A stretch of 45,982 nucleotides of DNA from UHGV virus genome UHGV-0170246; one strand, 5' to 3'. Source of the stretch: a virus. The translations under genes and the position numbers were made by a program. The notes below the pieces were generated by a model. The model had not been told where the DNA came from and ran no database searches. It worked only from the letters and a program-made list of their open reading frames with translations. Positions 1 through 7,728 of this stretch are shown here, in pieces; position 1 is the stretch's first letter; the number at the start of each line of letters is the position of its first letter.

Positions 1-38
1 TGGTTTTTCTGTAATGCGCCAGAAGCCTTGTTTATCGT

Positions 39-64
39 TTCCTGCAAACCGAGGTTTTTGCGAA
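39..64. other. gix/cix-like crossover site for a serine DNA invertase (TTCCTGCAAACCGAGGTTTTTGCGAA)
   Basis: Read from sequence; about 22/26 identical to the Mu gix site as I recall it; sits ~65 bp upstream of the invertase gene; nt 1-55 are the exact reverse complement of nt 45928-45982. Confidence 0.7.
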
Positions 65-128
65 TTGCCTCTGTGTCGTCTGAACGATATTTTTTCCCGC
101 TTTTAGCAACAATCGTGGTTTAGAAAGT

Positions 129-683
129 ATGCAATATGGTTATGCGAGGGTGTCAACTTTTGACCAGAATTTGGAATTACAACTGGAGGCGCTCAGGAGT
201 TCAGGATGTGACCGGATTTTTGAAGATAAAATATCCGGTGCTAAATCAAAACGACCAGGACTTGATAAGCTACTGAAGGTGTTACGACCGGGCGATACGG
301 TTATTGTCTGGAAGCTGGACCGAATGGGGCGTTCTCTGATTCATCTTGTTGATTTACTTAACCATTTTTTATCAAACGACATTGAGTTTATTTCGATTAC
401 GGAAGGGATAAAAATTAGCACTTCAATTGGCCGCTTTGCCTACACGATGCTGAGTGCAGTCGCAGAGATGGAGCGGGAAAATATGATTGAAAGAACGCGT
501 GCAGGATTGGCGGTGGCAAGGGCTAACGGCAGGATAGGAGGACGCCGCTCAAAGCTGGCACCAGAGCAATGGGAACAGATCGGAAGGCTTATTGCGAATG
601 GTGTTTCACGTAAGCGGATAGCGATTATCTTCGATGTTACCTTATCCACGCTTTACCGCAGGTTTCCGGCTGGGAATCATTGA
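129..683 (+). CDS. Serine recombinase, DNA invertase of the Gin/Cin/Pin/Hin family
   Basis: 184 aa; N-terminal YARVST..Q motif with catalytic Ser, GRIGGR and C-terminal HTH; close to phage Mu Gin from recalled sequence. Confidence 0.9.
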   Translation: MQYGYARVSTFDQNLELQLEALRSSGCDRIFEDKISGAKSKRPGLDKLLKVLRPGDTVIVWKLDRMGRSLIHLVDLLNHFLSNDIEFISITEGIKISTSIGRFAYTMLSAVAEMERENMIERTRAGLAVARANGRIGGRRSKLAPEQWEQIGRLIANGVSRKRIAIIFDVTLSTLYRRFPAGNH

Positions 684-805
684 CTGGAGTTAGGCCAGTA
701 GTATGATGCTCGCAAAACGAGATCCAATTTAGATCCTTTTACTGGTGGATTATCGTTCGATCAGTGAGAGACTTCGTGCATGACCGAAAGTGTTGTGGTA
801 GAGTT

Positions 806-834
806 CTCTTAAAACCACGTAAAGTGGTTATAAT
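806..834 (+). promoter_or_regulatory. Candidate repA promoter: perfect -10 TATAAT (829-834) overlapped by a repressor-type operator palindrome
   Basis: TATAAT read directly; -35 is weak; the palindrome at 813-829 abuts and overlaps the -10. Confidence 0.4.
813..829. promoter_or_regulatory. Operator-like palindrome AACCAC-N5-GTGGTT (AACCACGTAAAGTGGTT)
   Basis: Perfect 6-5-6 inverted repeat; same half-sites as the palindromes in the cI/cro-like intergenic region (10533-10652) and at 9781-9797. Confidence 0.55.
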
Positions 835-870
835 TGTGGGTGTCTGGTTGAAAAGTGACCAGATATGGAA

Positions 871-953
871 ACAAAAAGCCCGCAGATAAATCTGCGGGCT
901 TCTTGCGACATCCACGGAAAGGAAAACCAACAACTAACCATGGGCGCCTCGAC
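871..953 (-). ncRNA. Candidate CopA-like antisense RNA of the repA leader
   Basis: Minus-strand promoter (rc of 983-988 gives TTGCGT -35, 16-nt spacer, rc of 961-966 gives a perfect TATAAT -10) followed by a 9-bp GC-rich hairpin (877-900) and a U-run on the minus strand; geometry matches IncFII copA/copT, but coordinates are inferred. Confidence 0.4.
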
Positions 954-998
954 TACTCCCATTATACGTTGGTTTTCCGTGGACGCAAGAGCGAACAT

Positions 999-1847
999 AT
1001 GGATAGACCAATGCCGTCTCTACGTTCAGCTTACGTTTGTAATTTGTCGCCGGAGTTCCAGCCTCCAAAGCACCATACGCACAAGCTGCCGCTGGTGTTA
1101 TCTGATGCTTTACAGCGCATTAATGGTCGTGATCTTACGTGTGAGGTTGCGTTCTACGTTAATCAACCGTCAGAGCGGAAACGCCGGATAAACGAGCATC
1201 GTCGTCGGGCGATTAATGCTGTGATTGCTGCGATTTTGCACCATGTAAACATCATTTCTAAGCGGGTTCTGGCCAGTGCTGAGGCGTTGGCTGATTTTTG
1301 CGGCCTGTCTACCGTATCCGAAGCTGGGAACAAGTCTATAACGCGCTGTACAAGGGCGTTGTCGCAACTGAAAGAGTTAGGTTTTATTGATTATGAACGT
1401 CGCTGGGATCGGGTGAATAAACAGTATTGGCCAGCGAAAATCGAGATTCGTGATCAACTGCTGGAAACAGTTGGTATTACTGAACAAGCATGGAGACGTG
1501 CGGTTAGCCAGAAACTTAATTACTTCAATGCGAAGAATAGCGAACGGCTTAAAAAAGCGATAACGGAGGCTGATTATAAGCGTATTGTTATTCAGGAGCA
1601 GATGGAGAATGTATGGCGTCAGAGGAAGACGGCCAGAGAGATAAAGGCAAAACAGAAAGCAGCGGAGAGAGCTGCGCGTCTTGTTCAGGAAAAGGGAGAG
1701 GCCGAACTTCGTCATCAAATCACTAGAGAGGTTAGCCAGGAATTTGCTGATGGCATGTATCCTGGTGCTGACCTTGCATATTTACGCTCCCTCGTTGAGC
1801 AGCGTTATAACAGGCTAAGAAAGACCTGGAAATCACTCCAACATTAA
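999..1847 (+). CDS. repA: Plasmid replication initiator, IncFII RepA1-like
   Basis: In-frame ATG inside ORF 855-1847 gives 282 aa, close to RepA1 length; motif GLSTVSEAGNKSITRCTRALSQLKELGFIDY resembles the R100 RepA1 region as recalled. The GTG at 855 is probably an ORF-finder extension. Confidence 0.7.
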   Translation: MDRPMPSLRSAYVCNLSPEFQPPKHHTHKLPLVLSDALQRINGRDLTCEVAFYVNQPSERKRRINEHRRRAINAVIAAILHHVNIISKRVLASAEALADFCGLSTVSEAGNKSITRCTRALSQLKELGFIDYERRWDRVNKQYWPAKIEIRDQLLETVGITEQAWRRAVSQKLNYFNAKNSERLKKAITEADYKRIVIQEQMENVWRQRKTAREIKAKQKAAERAARLVQEKGEAELRHQITREVSQEFADGMYPGADLAYLRSLVEQRYNRLRKTWKSLQH

Positions 1848-1859
1848 CCCACCTGAATG

Positions 1860-2300
1860 ATGAATCCGGTTTTACCGGAGGATTATCTACGTCGCAATAA
1901 AATATCTGTTCAAAAAACAATCTAAATTAATTTTCTCTAAACCTGAACACAGCAAAAATATCGCCTTTACAGGTATCGGATAATAAAGTTATCCACAGTT
2001 TTGATATGTATATGCAAATGGTTTTTTATAATAGATGCACTAAACAAATAAATGCAAAATTACTTTCTTTTATTAAAACTTTCTTTATTTAACTTACGCA
2101 GGCTTTGCCTGTGAATATGTTCGCCCTTGCAGCGAGCTAAAGCTCGCGCCGGTTCGAGTCGCTACGCTCAAATATACCTCCTCCGGCACTTGCCGGAGGC
2201 ATGGAGCAGCCTGATCATCCTTTTCGAAACGGCGCGTTTCGAACTATACAAAATCAATTTATATAAGGCCGAAATAAGGCCTACGGCCGGGCTTTGCAGG
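1860..2300. other. Candidate replication origin (oriR-like): consensus DnaA box TTATCCACA at 1989-1997, AT-rich tract and several perfect palindromes
   Basis: DnaA box read directly; AT-rich 1920-2100; palindromes GCGAGCTAAAGCTCGC (~2132-2147) and TTCGAAACGGCGCGTTTCGAA (~2224-2244); position just downstream of repA as in IncFII replicons. Confidence 0.5.
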
Positions 2301-2490
2301 AGGAAGGGGCGAGCCTTATCAATAAACGTCGATAAATACGCACACAGTAGCCATCAGAACGCGATAAAACGTAAGAAACATCGTTTCCTATTAGACATAG
2401 AAAACTTGTCTTATACGCAATGTAGTAAATTTCTATTGCCACATAGGAAAAGATTTCCTACCATCGTAGATATAATAAATGGAGATGGTT

Positions 2491-2778
2491 ATGGATAAAG
2501 ATACTGTTTTAAAAATGTTGAATCCGGCTTGTTTAAAAAAAGCGGATGAATGGGAATCTCCTACATGTGGAGAAGTTCGGGCAGTCATTGGCCTGACCGG
2601 AATGAGCGGATCGCAGTTGGCCAAAAAACTTGGCTTAAAAGATAGTCGCAATGTTCGCAACTGGCAGATGTTAAAGGAGTCCACATCCAGATCCAGCATT
2701 CCGTATGCAGCCTGGGCGCTGCTGTGTTACTTCGCTGGGTTAGGGTTAATCTTCATTGATAACAAAACAGATGTTTGA
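2491..2778 (+). CDS. Hypothetical protein, possible HTH DNA-binding protein
   Basis: ORF 2479-2778; GGAG RBS 6 nt before ATG 2491; HTH-like segment GSQLAKKLGLKDSRNVRNWQ. Confidence 0.4.
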   Translation: MDKDTVLKMLNPACLKKADEWESPTCGEVRAVIGLTGMSGSQLAKKLGLKDSRNVRNWQMLKESTSRSSIPYAAWALLCYFAGLGLIFIDNKTDV

Positions 2779-2801
2779 AACATGCAAATATGAGGTTTGT
2801 T

Positions 2802-3065
2802 ATGGAACTTGTACGCAAAACACGCAAAGAGTTCTTGGACCTGTATCGCATGGGAGCTTTCACTTGTGTTGTGGCTACCCAGGACGAAGTGACAAAAAGC
2901 TGGCGGCTTTTTGCTCTCAATAAAAAAGGGATTGCCGTTTTCATTGAAAAAGCCCGTGGTGGTATCCGCGAATGGGCGGGATTGAATTATGTGGCTGATT
3001 TTTGCGCAGCTATGGGGATTCGTCGCTGGGAAGTCCATATGCCAGGAGTAAAGTCACAAAAATAG
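2802..3065 (+). CDS. Hypothetical protein
   Basis: ORF 2775-3065; GAGG RBS before ATG 2802; directly follows the HTH-like gene, so a possible two-gene module. Confidence 0.35.
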   Translation: MELVRKTRKEFLDLYRMGAFTCVVATQDEVTKSWRLFALNKKGIAVFIEKARGGIREWAGLNYVADFCAAMGIRRWEVHMPGVKSQK

Positions 3066-3303
3066 GGCTTTCGCGTCGAAAATGAGGCGAAACTGAAAAC
3101 GAGATTTCATTAACAAATAAGCAACATAAAAAACGGTGGAAAACGCCCAGGAAAACATGATCTTTTGAGCGGATTTTTTAGATCCGACAATGAACGGTGA
3201 TCCGGTGGTGCCGATAACGTCCATTATGTTAAATAGCCCCGTTTTTCTTGAAATTATAACCCACAGGTTATATAGTTAGTGATATAAACTACAGGTTATA
3301 GGA

Positions 3304-3657
3304 TTGAGCATGTGGACGGTACTTTTTAGCCAGCGATTTGACGACTGGCTAAATGAGCAAGAAGACGCTCTTCAGGAAAAGGTTTTGGCTGATTTGAAAA
3401 AGCTACAGGTTTACGGACCTGAGTTACCCAGGCCATATGCCGATACCGTAAAAGGTTCTCGGTACAAAAATATGAAAGAGCTTCGCGTTCAGTTTTCTGG
3501 CCGTCCGATAAGAGCCTTTTATGCGTTCGATCCGATTCGCCGGGCCATCGTTCTTTGTGCAGGAGACAAAAGTAACGATAAACGGTTTTATGAAAAACTG
3601 GTGCGTATAGCTGAGGATGAGTTTGCAGCACATCTGAACACACTGGAGAGCAAGTAA
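3304..3657 (+). CDS. RelE/ParE-superfamily toxin, HigB-like (phage Gp49-like)
   Basis: 117 aa; toxin precedes an HTH antitoxin with TAATGA stop/start overlap at 3655-3660; family assignment from recalled pattern. Confidence 0.6.
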   Translation: MSMWTVLFSQRFDDWLNEQEDALQEKVLADLKKLQVYGPELPRPYADTVKGSRYKNMKELRVQFSGRPIRAFYAFDPIRRAIVLCAGDKSNDKRFYEKLVRIAEDEFAAHLNTLESK

Positions 3658-3956
3658 TGAGAACATTAGATGAGGTGATTGCCAGCCGTTCACCTGAAAG
3701 CCAGGCGCGAATTAAAGAAATGGCAGATGAGATGATTCTTGAGGTCGGCTTGCAGATGATGCGTGAAGAACTCCAGTTATCACAAAAACAGGTTGCTGAG
3801 GCGATGGGTATAAGCCAGCCAGCAGTAACAAAGCTGGAGCAGCGCGGAAATGATTTAAAGCTGGCGACATTAAAGCGTTACGTTGAAGCTATGGGAGGCA
3901 AATTAAGCCTGGATGTTGAGCTTCCCACAGGAAAACGAATAGCGTTTAACATCTGA
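3657..3956 (+). CDS. HTH XRE-family antitoxin, HigA-like
   Basis: 99 aa; HTH segment LSQKQVAEAMGISQPAVTKLE; translationally coupled to the upstream toxin. Confidence 0.6.
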   Translation: MRTLDEVIASRSPESQARIKEMADEMILEVGLQMMREELQLSQKQVAEAMGISQPAVTKLEQRGNDLKLATLKRYVEAMGGKLSLDVELPTGKRIAFNI

Positions 3957-3971
3957 TCAGAACGAATGATA

Positions 3972-3997
3972 AGCCCCTGTTGCAAAGGGGCTTTTTT
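3972..3997 (+). terminator. Rho-independent terminator
   Basis: 7-bp stem AGCCCCT/AGGGGCT with a 7-nt loop followed by TTTTTT. Confidence 0.65.
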
Positions 3998-4003
3998 GTG
4001 CTC

Positions 4004-4119
4004 ATAGAATTATATAATTATATATTTATATAAAAAATGCTTTACAGGTGGGAAAAAATTTCCTAAGGTTATAACCGAAACCGAGCGATACCCGCCCTGG
4101 TTAAACCGGAGATAACCCG
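4004..4119 (+). repeat. Conserved promoter/leader cassette, copy A (AT-rich repeat, TTTACA -35 at 4041-4046, ~70-nt leader, GGAG RBS)
   Basis: Near-identical to 13072-13190 and 20695-20812; ends at the ATG of the downstream gene. Confidence 0.7.
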
Positions 4120-4500
4120 ATGAGCATGATTAAAATCCGCAAAAATGCTTTCCTTAAAATTCAAACTATCCTGGCTGGTTCTGTTGGCGTGATTTGCCGT
4201 TCTTCTTCAAGCCGCATCGATGACGGCTACGATGATGAGTACCGTGTGTCCTCGTGCGATGAGGCTTTAACCTGGCTGAAGGAGAATCAGGAACGTGCCC
4301 AGGTATATCTGGAAACAGAGAACGGCAATCAGATGCTGCGTATTAGCGGTCGTTATGGATTTGAAACTACATTCATGGCCTATTTTAATCAGGCTTACTT
4401 TGACAAGGAGCTGGCCTGGTACACTGATCGCATGAGCAAAAGCGAGCCAGCCCCGATTACACCGCCGAACAATAAACCATTTTTATTCCTCGTTAAGTAA
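4120..4500 (+). CDS. Hypothetical protein, first gene after cassette A
   Basis: 126-aa ORF with GGAG RBS inside the conserved leader. Confidence 0.5.
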   Translation: MSMIKIRKNAFLKIQTILAGSVGVICRSSSSRIDDGYDDEYRVSSCDEALTWLKENQERAQVYLETENGNQMLRISGRYGFETTFMAYFNQAYFDKELAWYTDRMSKSEPAPITPPNNKPFLFLVK

Positions 4501-4506
4501 ACACAA

Positions 4507-4533
4507 TGCGCAAAGTGTCATTTTGACACTTTG
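4507..4533. promoter_or_regulatory. Perfect 27-bp palindrome CGCAAAGTGTCA-TTT-TGACACTTTGCG
   Basis: Read directly; upstream of the HTH gene at 4564; a partial copy (AAAGTGTCATTTTGA) is at 13021-13035. Confidence 0.45.
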
Positions 4534-4563
4534 CGAGTGTTAATATTGTGCGAGGAGGATGCT

Positions 4564-4836
4564 ATGACGGGTTATGAATTGAAATTATGGCGTCGTGGGA
4601 TGAACTGGACGCAGGAGCGAGCCGCCGAAGAATTTGGGATATCGTTGGCTACATATAAGCGATATGAGAAGGGGGAGCCGCCGAGGGTCATTGAGATGGC
4701 CATTCGCGTTCTGTCGTTTGACGATATGGTTAAGGATCTTTCACACCTTGATAAAGATGCGATTCTGTTAAGGCTGCAAACCCTTGTATGGGAAAAGGTT
4801 AAAGTGTCGTCAGAATTGGAACAAGGGATCAAATGA
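4564..4836 (+). CDS. HTH XRE-family transcriptional regulator
   Basis: Internal ATG of ORF 4531-4836 preceded by GAGGAGG; HTH segment WTQERAAEEFGISLATYKRYE. Confidence 0.5.
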   Translation: MTGYELKLWRRGMNWTQERAAEEFGISLATYKRYEKGEPPRVIEMAIRVLSFDDMVKDLSHLDKDAILLRLQTLVWEKVKVSSELEQGIK

Positions 4837-4884
4837 TCCTTTACGGATCGTTTTATGGTGGTGTAATGTAAGCGCCAGAAAGAC

Positions 4885-4910
4885 AAAAACCGCCTTGCCG
4901 GGCGGTTTTC
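4885..4910 (+). terminator. Possible rho-independent terminator
   Basis: Hairpin CCGCC-ttgccg-GGCGG extended by A-T pairs, then TTTT. Confidence 0.35.
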
Positions 4911-5607
4911 AGTCTGAAATTTAAATCTTGCTTGGTAGGCTGGATTTAAAAAGACACCTCTTGATTGGGGCGGCTTTCTTGCGTCTAAAGATAATCAAAT
5001 CTTTTTGCGCCTGCAACCCCTTTTTTACTGGTGCCTGTTTCAGACTCACGCTCGCGTCGTTGTCTTTGCCACTTCGTTGGGTTCGGTGTTTTTGGGCGGA
5101 GTGGCGCGCGGGTATGCGTACAAGGGGAAAGTGTGCTGACGCAAGCTAGGAACAGCGATCTAAACTAAGTCGAGTCTGAGAAAGGCAGGAGTGCGACAAC
5201 TCGCCTGTGCTCAATGAGCAGAAGAAGGTATATCAGACGACCAATGGCATGATTGTGGGCCACAGGGCGCACACGGCGGCGAAGCATTGGAAACGATGTG
5301 GAGCTATCTGGTGGCATGAGTTCCGGTACTCGATCTCGAGCTTTTTTTGATGCTTTTGAGAAGGGGCCGGAACTCCGGTAAAGGGCACCCTGTATGGGGG
5401 GAGGGGGGGTTGTGTCTGAAGGGTGGCTATCGGTTATGGTGGAATTATGATGCGTAGAAAAGCGAGTTTGCTGCAAGCTATTGGGTCCATTATTTCTTTG
5501 TTTCCGGCAGTTGATCATTTTCGTCATATGGCGACACGTTCGAGTATGGGCTTGGCGCGTGACGCTGACGCTATTCGAAAGGATTTTCAGAAAGTCTCTG
5601 GTGTTGA

Positions 5608-5641
5608 TAAGAGAGAAAAGAGTAAGGGGCCGTAGCCCCTT
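5608..5641 (-). terminator. Rho-independent terminator for the antirepressor gene
   Basis: Hairpin AGGGGC-cgta-GCCCCT just downstream of the stop at 5646; minus strand has a U-rich run after the hairpin. Confidence 0.5.
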
Positions 5642-5645
5642 GTAG

Positions 5646-6791
5646 TTATGGTCTGCTTTTCTGTGCCAGCTTATCAGCACATGTTTTTATCAGATCCTGT
5701 AGTGTCCTGGCTGGCAGGTTTGCATCCAGTACGCTGAGTATGCTGTTGTGTTCTGCTTGGTCGACTACTTTGCCTGTCGGTGGTAGTAGCTTGAGCTGAG
5801 GATTCAGGTTTTCGTCAAAGCTGATAAGTGCTCTGGCGTTTCTGAGCAGATCAAGAAGTAAGGCTGATATCACATTTTCCTGAGTCATTGCTGGCAGACT
5901 TAGCGCCGCTTTGGTTTTCCCTGTTGCCTTGTCAAACTCCTTGATTAGTTCCTTCCTGTAGTTCGGTTCCGTTAATAGCCGATTATGCTCTGTTGCCGCG
6001 CGGATAATCGTTTTTTCCTGGTATAGTCGTTTAGCCAGATCACGCTCGTACTGTGTTTTTAACACGCTGCTGATAGCGTTAAAGGCTTCAATGTAGGCCA
6101 GCTTGATATCTTTCACGCTTGGACCGTCGATGCTCTCCATGAGCAAGGTAAATCCGTCTTTTGTCATGCGATAGATTGTTATTTCGCGGTCGCTTCCTTC
6201 CAGCGGTCGTTGCTCTTTAAAGAAGTGACGCGCCGCAGCTGTGCGAGGAATGCGTAACGCATCGATGGCCATAACGATGGAATTGTTTGTGGTGCTGAAT
6301 GCCTGGGCAACATCGGCTGAGGTTGTGAGTGGCTCGTTGTTGCACACCTTAATGTAATACATTGGTTTAGCGTTGAGCGTATCGACAACCTCACGAGCAT
6401 TGTTTGGTGAGACGGTTACGGTCGCGGCCGTTTGCGCGTTCTGGTTGAAGTAGCAGTCTTCCAGCCGTTCGAATACATCCCACGCCTGATCGGTTTCGAG
6501 CATTTTAGCGTGACGTGCAGCCCCGCGTTCTGTCCAGAGGATGAGGGAGCGGACTTTAGGTGAAACTGGATTTTGAGAGTAGTTTAAAGCTACCCGCAAT
6601 TCTTTAAGGTCATTACCAACAACTTTGAAAAAGTGTTTCCCTTCAACGAAACGTGCTTTGTTCTCATGATGATTCTGGCGAATACGCACCGGCTCAGTGC
6701 CGTAAAGCTGTGCTAGTAACTCGGTAGTAATGACAGGGATTTGGTTATGCAGGATAGGCTGTAGGGTGTTAACGGTCGGAAGCGTTTTCAT
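5646..6791 (-). CDS. Antirepressor-like protein (ORF6N-type N-terminus, Rha-like central region)
   Basis: 381 aa; N-terminal pattern PVITTELLAQLYGTEPVRIRQNHHENKARFVEGKHFFK and internal TTSADVAQAF segment typical of phage Ant/Rha-type regulators (recalled domain patterns). Confidence 0.55.
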   Translation of the reverse strand: MKTLPTVNTLQPILHNQIPVITTELLAQLYGTEPVRIRQNHHENKARFVEGKHFFKVVGNDLKELRVALNYSQNPVSPKVRSLILWTERGAARHAKMLETDQAWDVFERLEDCYFNQNAQTAATVTVSPNNAREVVDTLNAKPMYYIKVCNNEPLTTSADVAQAFSTTNNSIVMAIDALRIPRTAAARHFFKEQRPLEGSDREITIYRMTKDGFTLLMESIDGPSVKDIKLAYIEAFNAISSVLKTQYERDLAKRLYQEKTIIRAATEHNRLLTEPNYRKELIKEFDKATGKTKAALSLPAMTQENVISALLLDLLRNARALISFDENLNPQLKLLPPTGKVVDQAEHNSILSVLDANLPARTLQDLIKTCADKLAQKSRP

Positions 6792-6979
6792 TTTGCACCT
6801 CCCATAACTACTTTGGTTACGAGGGAGATTTTTGCGTCAGAAACAGCGTTATCGTTGCTGGCGATGCGCATAGCTTCGCGCTCGATGATTTCAGCCAGGC
6901 GGAATTTATCGGCGTATGAGGCTTTCTTGAGAAGGATCTTTACGAGGTTGACGTAATAGTCATGGGGTAAGTTTGTCAT
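6788..6979 (-). CDS. Small hypothetical protein, first gene of the antirepressor operon
   Basis: 63-aa ORF; its stop overlaps the antirepressor start (ATGA). Confidence 0.35.
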   Translation of the reverse strand: MTNLPHDYYVNLVKILLKKASYADKFRLAEIIEREAMRIASNDNAVSDAKISLVTKVVMGGAK

Positions 6980-7394
6980 GGTGATAGTTCCCTTAAAGGT
7001 TAAGGATACTCACCACCGTCTGGTTCCAATCATTGGGTGGTGAGACGTACAGGGTTGGAACTACCGGTCACCATGGAATCCGGCGAGTCTTACGACTCCC
7101 CCGCACGCCCCACCATAATTTGGGTGTAGCAGTGCTTTACGCATAAAAAAACCGCTAACGCGGTATGCGCCATGATGATTATCGGGGTTCCAATCCCGAC
7201 CGTAGATTTTGCTACGGCTCGGAAAGTGTCCACCAATGGCGCATTTATGTCAATACAGAGGGATTTTAACAGAGACAACCACATAGCGTGGGTTTATTGG
7301 TAGGCAGAAACAAAAAAACCGCCCTATTGAGGACGGTTCTTTCGTGCTGATCGGATTCGCGGTCCTTTCAGCATAACGTCGTTGTACTAATACA

Positions 7395-7414
7395 ACCACG
7401 CAAGCACAAACAGC
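7395..7414. repeat. Direct repeat copy 1 (ACCACGCAAGCACAAACAGC)
   Basis: 19/20 identical to 7645-7664, about 250 bp downstream, in an ORF-poor region. Confidence 0.6.
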
Positions 7415-7644
7415 AACTACATTCTTACCCAACTGAGGTGAATAGTCCACTATTCATATAAAAAAATTTAGCTCATTAGCTCATGCAAAATGAAGGTTTT
7501 TAACTTATTTACGTGTAATCTCATGTAATAAAAGCGTTTTTTATTCCTTCATTATGAAGGGTATGACGTGTAATATGGCTTGGGGCCTTTCCGCCGATTC
7601 GCACCCGGGCACTGACTTTCAGGAAAGGATTATCCACTTGCCGT

Positions 7645-7664
7645 ACCACGCAGGCACAAACAGC
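7645..7664. repeat. Direct repeat copy 2 (ACCACGCAGGCACAAACAGC)
   Basis: See copy 1. Confidence 0.6.
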
Positions 7665-7728
7665 GTGCTTGCTCTCGCGTCATTTTCGTCGGTGGGGATG
7701 CCGTGAAACGGCCTGTAAGGGCCACACA

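Noticed and set aside
855-998. N-terminal extension of RepA from GTG 855, and the overlapping ORFs 865-1191 (+) and 739-933 (-)
   Set aside because: RepA1-like length and alignment fit the ATG at 999; the leader is better explained as regulatory RNA (hairpin plus antisense promoter) than as coding.
2127-2498. 123-aa plus-strand ORF downstream of repA
   Set aside because: Lies inside the palindrome-rich putative origin region; Arg-rich composition suggests a non-coding artefact.
5165-5680. 171-aa minus-strand ORF in the GC-rich interval
   Set aside because: Low-complexity, Pro/Ser/Thr/Arg-rich translation with no RBS context; more likely a chance ORF in GC-rich non-coding DNA.
6980-7450. LexA box upstream of the antirepressor operon
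   Set aside because: Searched by eye for CTGT-N8-ACAG and found no convincing match, so SOS control of the antirepressor is not supported by sequence.
7630-7638. Second DnaA-box-like word TTATCCACT
   Set aside because: 8/9 match, isolated, no AT-rich unwinding element nearby; could be chance.
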